Positions 56,666 through 64,000 of a DNA stretch of 64,000 bases are shown in pieces; within the stretch, counting starts at the first letter, position 1; each line of letters opens with the position of its first letter. Source of the stretch: Thermoplasmatota archaeon (GTDB taxonomy: Archaea; Thermoplasmatota; Poseidoniia; Poseidoniales; Thalassarchaeaceae). Location of the stretch: NCBI GenBank assembly GCA_036154155.1, contig JAYZLP010000023.1:3056-67055 (forward strand). Reading direction: 5' to 3'. The notes under the pieces were generated by a model. The model did not search any database. It was not told the origin of the DNA and saw only the letters and a list, made by a program, of their open reading frames with translations. The translations under genes were made by a program, and so were the position numbers.

Positions 56666-58870
56666 GTGTCGGATGGTGAATATGTCACTATTTTCATGGC
56701 TTGGCCATATGTCAATGCCCCGTTACACCTAGGGCACGTGGCAGGAAATTGCCTTCCAGCCGATATTCAATACAGATACGAGAGAGCGAGGGGAAGAAGG
56801 GTTCTGATGTGCAGTGGTTCGGATGAGCATGGAACCCCAATTACACTTACCGCCGAGCAACTGGGAGTTTCCCCCCAGGAAATTGTTGATGAATACCATG
56901 AGATGGCCCTCAAGTCGCTAAATGACCTAGGTTGCTCGTGGTCGAATAATATAGACAGCAGAGGCGTTGAGTTTGGTGGGGCCCTATACAATAGAACATC
57001 TGATATTAGGCATAAGGAGCTTGTCAGAGAGGTCTTCACCGACTTGTTAGGCTCAAACATGCTCTCCAAGCAGACCATGGAACAGTATTGCTCGATTTCT
57101 GGGGATGTAGTAAGGTTCCTTCCGGATAGATACGTCGAAGGAACATGTCCCGTATGCGAGGCTTCTGAGGCCAGGGGGGATCAATGCGACGAATGCGGTT
57201 CTACATATGAGGCTCATGAGCTGATTAGTCCAGTATCGAAATTGGATCCGGAGGCTTCAATCGAGGTCAGAGATACTGATCACCTATTTTTCAGACTGGA
57301 TATGTTCCAAGATAGCCTTGAGTCGCATGCAGCCTTGAGGAATACTGTTTGGAAGCCAAATGTCCGTTCCATGACAAAAAACTGGCTAGATATGGGCCTC
57401 AGGCCAAGAGCCGTTACTAGGGATATAGACTGGGGAATCGAGCTCCCTATGGATGGCGATGAATGGTCCTCAAAGAGGGTTTACGTTTGGTTTGAGGCCG
57501 TTCAGGGATACTACACATGCGCAAGGATTTGGTCCGAAAGGTTCGCTAATGCTAACGGCCACCCAGATGGTGACTCCGCTTGGGAGAGATGGTGGAAGGT
57601 CTCGGATGATGGCCAGTCCCCGAAACACATCTACTTCATGGGTAAGGACAACATTCCATTCCATACTGTAATATGGCCTGCAATTATCATGGGAATCAAC
57701 TCTACTCGCTCAGAACTCCCTATATCCCACATAGGAGAACCCGGGGATATGGCGTTAGAATACAATGTTTCTTCGAATGAGTATCTGATGCTTCAGGGCG
57801 GCCAGTTCAGCAAAAGCAGAAAGCATGCAGTTTGGCTGCCCTCATTCCTGGAGAAGTATGATGCAGACTCATTGAGGTACTACCTTTCAATAAACATGCC
57901 AGAGACCCATGATACTGACTTCAGATGGGAGGATTTTGTTGACAGGGTAAATAATGAGTTAATTGGCACATATGGGAACTTTGTTCACAGAGTAATGACA
58001 TTGAGCCACAGACTAACTGATGAAGGCTCAAACCCACTATCCGAATTCGACGATCCCGGATCACACGCTAAAATTATTGAAGACTCAATGAGTATAATTG
58101 AGTCAGCTATTTCCTCAATGGAGAGGCAGAGATTCAAGGAGGCCCTGAGGTCTATAATGGGCATAGCACAAATTGGTAATGTGCTACTACAGAACGCAGC
58201 CCCGTGGAAATTTATGAATTCCGAAGAGTCTGAAGATCGTACAAAATCACTATCTTCCCTCGCAATGGCATGGAGGCTATGCAGGACTCTCTCAATACTT
58301 ACAAGACCATTCATGCCTTTCCAGTCAGAGAAATTATGGGCGATGCTAGGAGAAACTGCAGATATAGACTCAATGCTCTGGGATGATTCCCTCGATACTG
58401 AATGTAGCCTGTTGTGGAACCCCGAAAAACCACAACCATTGTTCTCTAGGCTAGATTTAGACGAAATAATCGCAGACGAGATGTCCATTGTTGACGACAG
58501 TAACGTCAATGACCCGGAGCACGTCCCGGGGGATGGAGATGATTACATAGAGTTCGAAGATTTCCTCAAGGTCCAAATGAGAACTGGCAAAATCACATCT
58601 GTAGAGGACCATCCCAATGCAGATAAGCTACTGGTAATCAAAATCGAAGATGGTCCGGGAACTTCAAGAACGGTTTGTGCTGGTCTGAAGGGAATATACC
58701 AGGAGTCCGATTTACTAGGTCTTAATGTGGTGTACGTCGCCAATCTCGCACCCAGGGAATTAAGGGGGGTCCTCTCTGAGGGAATGATACTCGCGGCTGA
58801 TGACGGCGATGGCAATGTGAGACTCCTTACTCCTGATGGGGAGATTACACCTGGATCCACTGTCAGATAG
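56666..58870 (+). CDS. metG: methionine--tRNA ligase with C-terminal tRNA-binding domain
   Basis: PYVN..LHLGH, GSDEHG, CPVC/CDECG Zn knuckle, YVWFEA, GKDNIPFH and FSKS motifs; C-terminal HPNADKL...SEGM. Confidence 0.97.
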   Translation: MSDGEYVTIFMAWPYVNAPLHLGHVAGNCLPADIQYRYERARGRRVLMCSGSDEHGTPITLTAEQLGVSPQEIVDEYHEMALKSLNDLGCSWSNNIDSRGVEFGGALYNRTSDIRHKELVREVFTDLLGSNMLSKQTMEQYCSISGDVVRFLPDRYVEGTCPVCEASEARGDQCDECGSTYEAHELISPVSKLDPEASIEVRDTDHLFFRLDMFQDSLESHAALRNTVWKPNVRSMTKNWLDMGLRPRAVTRDIDWGIELPMDGDEWSSKRVYVWFEAVQGYYTCARIWSERFANANGHPDGDSAWERWWKVSDDGQSPKHIYFMGKDNIPFHTVIWPAIIMGINSTRSELPISHIGEPGDMALEYNVSSNEYLMLQGGQFSKSRKHAVWLPSFLEKYDADSLRYYLSINMPETHDTDFRWEDFVDRVNNELIGTYGNFVHRVMTLSHRLTDEGSNPLSEFDDPGSHAKIIEDSMSIIESAISSMERQRFKEALRSIMGIAQIGNVLLQNAAPWKFMNSEESEDRTKSLSSLAMAWRLCRTLSILTRPFMPFQSEKLWAMLGETADIDSMLWDDSLDTECSLLWNPEKPQPLFSRLDLDEIIADEMSIVDDSNVNDPEHVPGDGDDYIEFEDFLKVQMRTGKITSVEDHPNADKLLVIKIEDGPGTSRTVCAGLKGIYQESDLLGLNVVYVANLAPRELRGVLSEGMILAADDGDGNVRLLTPDGEITPGSTVR

Positions 58871-59423
58871 TGGGCCTATCGAAGAACTCCCACTGTATTT
58901 CGGATAGCTCTTCATTGCTTTTAGCGTCCCTGTACGCAATCAAAGGCTCAATGTTCAGATTGAAGAAGTTGTCTCCGTATGGGAATGATGAGAGAATTAT
59001 TCTAGCTTGCTCTTCCCTCCCAAGTATGAACAATGAGGCAGCAAAGGCCTCGGACGTGGATAGCCTCCCTGGCTTACCCCATGATACGGGGTTTGCAGCT
59101 AATAGTACTGGCAGCGTCCTCCCTTCTAGCCTAGTGTGTCTGCTAATGGCCTCCAGTGACTCCTCAATCCTCTTCCACGAGCAGTCCAATGCGACGATTG
59201 ACCCCCCTCTATCAATGGACTTTTTATCATCCGGCCCCATCAATTTTCCACTACTCGGATCAAGAAGAAAACCTCTCTTTGGCGCCCTACGGATATCAAA
59301 GTGCAATATGGCGTCTCCAGCCTTTGCCATTCTCCTGGCACTGCATTTGCGCGGGTCATCTTGATCCAGGTGGACCACATGTAATGGGACTGAGTCATCA
59401 ATCGCCCTTGCTGAGGAACTCAT
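58863..59423 (-). CDS. tsr3: 16S rRNA aminocarboxypropyltransferase Tsr3
   Basis: QDDPRKCSA, LDCSW and R.LP.L.AANPVSWGKP..LST.EA motifs. Confidence 0.92.
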   Translation of the reverse strand: MSSSARAIDDSVPLHVVHLDQDDPRKCSARRMAKAGDAILHFDIRRAPKRGFLLDPSSGKLMGPDDKKSIDRGGSIVALDCSWKRIEESLEAISRHTRLEGRTLPVLLAANPVSWGKPGRLSTSEAFAASLFILGREEQARIILSSFPYGDNFFNLNIEPLIAYRDAKSNEELSEIQWEFFDRPTI

Positions 59424-59886
59424 CCAATGCATCTCCTATTGTCATTCCACGACCGCTTGGTACGTTCACTGCTCGTTCCATATCTTCTTCTGCCTCTACA
59501 AGTAGTGTAATGCCAAGCGCCTTCTCAATTTTCATAGCAATTGAGTCGGATGGTACAATTCCACTCTCGACCTTCTGAATATCGTTTAATCTGACGTTTA
59601 TCCTCTTTGCTAGCTCCCTTTGTTCCCAGCCCTTGGATACTCTGGCCTTCCTTACTCTGAGGTGAAAATCAGGTGCAACTTCCTTCTCAGGCTTCTTTGA
59701 CATCGGCCTATCGATTTGCTTTTTCGATTTAGACCGGGATATTGATGCCTCTTTAGGTACATATCTCTCGAGAACTAGCATTTCGTTGGATTCAATGCAA
59801 CGTGAGCAGCATCTCAACCTAGCTCCTGAAACCTCCGCCAACAGGGTCGTGACGCGATCCGTGCCGCACATCTCACACGTCCCCAT
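59398..59886 (-). CDS. archaeal multiprotein bridging factor aMBF1
   Basis: N-terminal CEMCG...CSRC Zn ribbon, Cro-type HTH (ARVSKGW.Q.ELA) and C-terminal TIGD. Confidence 0.9.
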   Translation of the reverse strand: MGTCEMCGTDRVTTLLAEVSGARLRCCSRCIESNEMLVLERYVPKEASISRSKSKKQIDRPMSKKPEKEVAPDFHLRVRKARVSKGWEQRELAKRINVRLNDIQKVESGIVPSDSIAMKIEKALGITLLVEAEEDMERAVNVPSGRGMTIGDALDEFLSKGD

Positions 59887-59959
59887 GACACTCACTAGGG
59901 CACATACATCATATGGATTGGGGTGAAAGTATGAAATCTGTATGCCCTGCCACGGACTC

Positions 59960-61177
59960 ATGGCATCCGAGTCCGATAGCCAACCCAAGGACGTTCAGGA
60001 GTCCCTGAAATCCTCAGTTAGGAGGCTTCAGTCGGAGATGAGAGAGTTGTCAGAATCGGCCCACCAGTTGCTAACTGAGAAAATGGTCCTTGAGAACGAG
60101 GTTTCGCAGGTCAAGAAGAGGGCGAGCAGGCTCGAAGAAGAAATTAGGAATCTGAGATCGCCTCCAATGATTGTTGGATATATCCAGGACGTTACTGATG
60201 AGGGGGCAATAGTAAGGAGCTCCAACGGGACCGTTTTTCTCGTCTCCGTCAATAATAGGATAGACTCTTCCAGACTAGTATCTGGTGCGAGGGTGGCTTT
60301 GAATCAGGATACCCTTTCTGTAATTGAGATTCTAGATGATTCATGGGATCCTCTTGTAGTTACTGCTGAGATTATCGATAGGCCAGACGTGACATTTGAT
60401 GACATAGGGGGGCTTGACGAACAGATTTCCAAGCTCAAGGAGACCGTCGAGTTATCGTTCAGAAATCCTGAGGCTTTCAGAAGATTCGGTATTGAACCCC
60501 CGAAGGGGATACTCCTTACAGGAAGTCCGGGAACTGGTAAAACTCTACTCGCCAAAGCTGTCGCCAATTCAACCGATGCCGTCTTCCTGGGCATCGTTGC
60601 ATCTGAACTAGCACAGAAGTATATCGGTGAAGGAGGCAGGCTCGTTAGAGAGCTATTCGATCTCGCTCGAAATAGAGCGCCAGCTATCGTATTTATTGAT
60701 GAGTTGGATGCCATAGGATCCAAGAGGCTCGATACGGCCACGTCGGGTGACAGAGAGGTTCAGAGAACACTGATGCAACTACTCGCCGAGCTTGATGGAT
60801 TCGAATCTCTGGAGAATGTAAAGGTGATAGCAGCTACTAACAGGCCGGAATTATTGGATGAGGCCCTACTTCGCCCAGGTAGGTTCGATAGGGTCGTCGA
60901 GGTTCCTATGCCCGATGAAGAGGCACGGCTCGCAATTTTGGGCGTCCATACATCCAATACGCCACTCACGAAAGGGGTATCATTGGAGTCTCTAGCTAGG
61001 AAAACAGAGGGTTTCAGTGGTGCTGAAATCATGTCCCTAGTCACCGAGGCTGGAGTTACTGCCATTAGCGAGGGGAGGAAGAAGATCTCCAAATCTGATT
61101 TTTCTAAGGCCTTACTAGCCGTCGAAAGAAATCTGGATAATAAATCCAATATTTCGAACCATAGGCTGTATGACTAA
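59960..61177 (+). CDS. pan: proteasome-activating nucleotidase
   Basis: Coiled coil, OB fold, DIGGL, GSPGTGKT, KYIGEG, FIDELD, DREVQRT and RPGRFDR motifs; C-terminal HbYX (LYD). Confidence 0.96.
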   Translation: MASESDSQPKDVQESLKSSVRRLQSEMRELSESAHQLLTEKMVLENEVSQVKKRASRLEEEIRNLRSPPMIVGYIQDVTDEGAIVRSSNGTVFLVSVNNRIDSSRLVSGARVALNQDTLSVIEILDDSWDPLVVTAEIIDRPDVTFDDIGGLDEQISKLKETVELSFRNPEAFRRFGIEPPKGILLTGSPGTGKTLLAKAVANSTDAVFLGIVASELAQKYIGEGGRLVRELFDLARNRAPAIVFIDELDAIGSKRLDTATSGDREVQRTLMQLLAELDGFESLENVKVIAATNRPELLDEALLRPGRFDRVVEVPMPDEEARLAILGVHTSNTPLTKGVSLESLARKTEGFSGAEIMSLVTEAGVTAISEGRKKISKSDFSKALLAVERNLDNKSNISNHRLYD

Positions 61178-61212
61178 CAGTAACCCTATTTCCCACCCCT
61201 CAATCGCGGGTC

Positions 61213-62250
61213 GTGAATCGTGTCCTAATTGAGTGTGTACCAAATTTCAGTGAGGGGAGGGACCAGTCTGTAATTGATCGGATTACTAGGCCAATTATCG
61301 ATACCGAGGGAGTAGAGTTGCTGGATATCGATATGGGCTATGATTTCAATAGAACAGTTGTAACGATGGTCGGTGAGCCAGAGGCCGTTCTGAAAGCAGC
61401 AATAGACTGCACCTCTATTGCCGTAGAACTGATAGATATGAGGAATCATACCGGTGAGCACGCTCGAATGGGTGCTGTAGACGTCGTTCCGTTCATTCCC
61501 CTTAGTGGCTCTACAATGGATGATTGTGTATCCTTATCGCAGAGATTCGCGGAAGCGGTTTCTGAACTACTTGGCCTCCCAGTATACCTATATGCAGAGG
61601 CTGCAAGAATGGAGGAAAGGATCAGGCTACCGGATATCAGGAGGGGGGAGTACGAAGGAATGGAAGAGAAAATCTCATCAGATGGATGGGAGCCTGACTA
61701 CGGGCCCGCTATTTTCAACCCATCAATGGGTGTAACTGCAACAGGAGCAAGACAGATTCTCATTGCCTACAACGTCAATCTGGATACTAAGGATAAGAAA
61801 ATTGCTAACTCAATCGCTTCTATGATCCGGACAAGTGGAGCATTAGTCAGAGACGAAAACGGTGACAAGGTCATTGGCGAGGATGGGAAGCCGATGAGGA
61901 CTCCCGGGGCCTTCCAGTCACTACAAGCGGCTGGTTGGATGTACGATGAGGATACTGCCCAAGTATCCATGAACCTGCTTGACCATAGCGTAACCGGACT
62001 TCATGACGTTACAGAGGCAATCAGAATTGAGGCCAACAATCTAGGTCATTCTGTTACTGCCTCAGAACTAGTTGGACTAGTGCCCCTAAATGCCATGGTT
62101 TCTGCTGGTAAGAAATATCTCGGAGATACTGAGGGTATCGATGAGATAGAGTTAGTAAATGCCGCCATCACCGGACTATCATTGGATAAATTCGGGGAGT
62201 TCGATCCCCACACATCCATCATTGAATGGGCAATTAACCGTGGTGACTGA
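61213..62250 (+). CDS. ftcD: glutamate formimidoyltransferase
   Basis: IECVPNFSEGR, NRTV.T, H.G.H.RMGA.DV.PF, IRRGEYEG, LIAYNVNL and SELVGL.P motifs. Confidence 0.94.
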   Translation: MNRVLIECVPNFSEGRDQSVIDRITRPIIDTEGVELLDIDMGYDFNRTVVTMVGEPEAVLKAAIDCTSIAVELIDMRNHTGEHARMGAVDVVPFIPLSGSTMDDCVSLSQRFAEAVSELLGLPVYLYAEAARMEERIRLPDIRRGEYEGMEEKISSDGWEPDYGPAIFNPSMGVTATGARQILIAYNVNLDTKDKKIANSIASMIRTSGALVRDENGDKVIGEDGKPMRTPGAFQSLQAAGWMYDEDTAQVSMNLLDHSVTGLHDVTEAIRIEANNLGHSVTASELVGLVPLNAMVSAGKKYLGDTEGIDEIELVNAAITGLSLDKFGEFDPHTSIIEWAINRGD

Positions 62251-62251
62251 C

Positions 62252-62872
62252 ATGAATGAGGGATATGCGGAGATACTCAGTAGGATTGCATCCTCGGACC
62301 CCACACCCGGAGGTGGCTCAGTAGCGGCCATGGCGCTCGCTCATGCACATGCTCTGGCTGTAATGGTATCCAGGTTGACATTAGGTAGGGATAAGTGGAA
62401 GGACGGCCATGCTGCAGCCGAAGAAATCATCGCTAATTCAGAGGAGGGGATAGAGGCATCTATTATCATGGCACAAGACGATGCTGAGTCATTCGATCGG
62501 GTAATGATGGCCTATAGATTACCGCGAAATAACGAGGATGAGATTGAGTCTCGAAAAGCCTCCATAAGGGACGCGACAATTGGTGCTGCTAACTCCCCAC
62601 TAAAAATTGCCAACAGCTCTCTCCAGCTCCTAGAATCCATTATTGATCTCGCAAAATTCGGAAACTCGAACGCTCTAACGGATTTGGCCGCCTCTGCAGA
62701 GTTGGCCAAGGCATCATTCGTCATTGCTTCAATGAATGTCAGGATAAATCTCGATTCGATTGATGGCAAGGAATGCGAAAGCATCTCATCACGGCTATCA
62801 TCATTGGAGAGCGACGTCAACACCCGCTATGCTAATCTTAGAGAAATTATTGATGAGAGGTTGGGATGGTAA
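62252..62872 (+). CDS. formiminotetrahydrofolate cyclodeaminase
   Basis: PTPGGGSVAA, D..SF..VM.AY.LP, GNSNA.TD and NVRINL motifs. Confidence 0.9.
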   Translation: MNEGYAEILSRIASSDPTPGGGSVAAMALAHAHALAVMVSRLTLGRDKWKDGHAAAEEIIANSEEGIEASIIMAQDDAESFDRVMMAYRLPRNNEDEIESRKASIRDATIGAANSPLKIANSSLQLLESIIDLAKFGNSNALTDLAASAELAKASFVIASMNVRINLDSIDGKECESISSRLSSLESDVNTRYANLREIIDERLGW

Positions 62873-64000
62873 TGGCTGACATCGTTCAAACGTACGGAAT
62901 TCCCAATACATTGCCAGACCCACCCATGATTGACAATAACTTGCCCCATGCACCGGCAAGGCCCCAGGTGCTGGATGAAGCGGGAAAGGTCTTGGCGGTC
63001 CGAAACGCGTTGAGATATTTCCCCAAGGAATGGCACTCCGAACTAGGCAAGGAGTTCCTATCCGAATTAGATAGTCTTGGACACATATACATGCATAGAT
63101 TTAGGCCGGAATATGAGATGTTTGCGAGACCCATCGGTGAATACGATGCCAAATCAATGAATGCGGCCGCAATTATGATGATGATACAGAACAACCTGGA
63201 TCCGGAGGTAGCTCAATTCCCGCATGAATTAGTAACATACGGCGGCAATGGAACGGTTTTCCAGAATTGGGCTCAGTACCAGTTAACCATGAAATATCTC
63301 TCAGAAATGTCAGATGAGCAAACGTTGGTCATGAATTCCGGACACCCATTAGGACTGTTCCCTTCATCTATATCCGCGCCTAGGGTTGTGGTCTCAAATG
63401 GGATGGTAATTCCCAATTATTCATCGCAGAGTGACTATGAAAAAATGAACGCTCTTGGAGTAACACAGTATGGTCAGATGACTGCAGGCTCATACATGTA
63501 CATAGGTCCACAGGGCATTGTTCATGGGACAACAATTACGATTCTTAATGCATCGAGGAAGTACCTGGGACTTTCCCCATCAGAGGGACTAGGGGGGGTT
63601 CTGTACGTTACATCCGGCCTAGGAGGAATGTCGGGCGCTCAGGCCAAGGCCTCTGTAATCGCCGGCGCTGTATGCATAATAGCCGAGGTAGATGCACATG
63701 CAGCAACAAAGAGGCATCAGCAAGGTTGGCTCTCAGAACTCCATGAGGATATTGAAACAGTAATTTCCAGAACTCGGGAGGCGGTACAGAACAAGGAAGC
63801 AGTCTCCATTGGTTACATTGGCAACATTGTAGACCTTCTTGAAGCACTAATTGAGTTCGATTTAACTCCTGACTTAGGCAGTGATCAAACTAGCTTACAC
63901 AACCCCTGGCTAGGCGGATACACGCCAGTTGGTCATACATATGAGCAGGCAAAGGAACTTCTCTCAAGCGATCCCGAGGGATTCAAGGCACATGTCCAAC
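62872..64000 (+). CDS. hutU: urocanate hydratase (long form), truncated by window end
   Basis: Not in the ORF track because there is no stop in the window. From ATG 62872: HAP.R, NALRYFP, GHIYMHRFRP, MIQNNLDPEVAQFPHELVTYGGNG, YGQMTAGSY.YIGPQGIVHGT, GLGGMSGAQ and SDQTSLHNP motifs. Confidence 0.95.
   Translation, partial: MADIVQTYGIPNTLPDPPMIDNNLPHAPARPQVLDEAGKVLAVRNALRYFPKEWHSELGKEFLSELDSLGHIYMHRFRPEYEMFARPIGEYDAKSMNAAAIMMMIQNNLDPEVAQFPHELVTYGGNGTVFQNWAQYQLTMKYLSEMSDEQTLVMNSGHPLGLFPSSISAPRVVVSNGMVIPNYSSQSDYEKMNALGVTQYGQMTAGSYMYIGPQGIVHGTTITILNASRKYLGLSPSEGLGGVLYVTSGLGGMSGAQAKASVIAGAVCIIAEVDAHAATKRHQQGWLSELHEDIETVISRTREAVQNKEAVSIGYIGNIVDLLEALIEFDLTPDLGSDQTSLHNPWLGGYTPVGHTYEQAKELLSSDPEGFKAHVQ

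Noticed and set aside
1..64000. tRNA/rRNA genes, CRISPR arrays, transposases, integrases or prophage
   Set aside because: Intergenic gaps are short (mostly under 170 bp) and I saw no cloverleaf, repeat-spacer pattern or mobile-element motif by eye. A tRNAscan/Infernal run would be needed to exclude small ncRNAs.

Overview
A 64 kb, gene-dense archaeal core-genome segment (roughly balanced GC). Gene content and protein style fit best with Marine Group II Euryarchaeota (Ca. Poseidoniales, Thermoplasmatota), although this assignment is inference. Informational genes: aIF5A, trmY, srp54, RFC large subunit, glyS, a very long Lhr helicase, tiaS, dph6, the proteasome-alpha/SBDS/exosome/L37ae/Pcc1/prefoldin superoperon, S12-S7-EF2, proS, priS, metG, tsr3, aMBF1 and PAN. 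Transport genes: OPT, EamA, TrkAH and CNNM. Metabolic genes: purB, coaBC, a thiolase, split transketolase, isopentenyl-phosphate kinase, an IDI1-GGPP synthase fusion, UbiD, futalosine genes mqnE/mqnA/mqnD, and His catabolism. There is also an archaeosortase with a PGF-CTERM substrate, next to heptose genes gmhA/gmhB. I found no tRNA, rRNA, CRISPR array or mobile element. The most striking observation is a 159-aa gene (51042-51521, minus strand) that looks like exactly one half of eukaryotic deoxyhypusine hydroxylase (DOHH), an enzyme generally regarded as absent from archaea. It keeps both His-Glu iron ligands and is translationally coupled to mqnD, while a canonical aIF5A lies in the same window. 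All family assignments come from motif recognition by eye, with no database searches.
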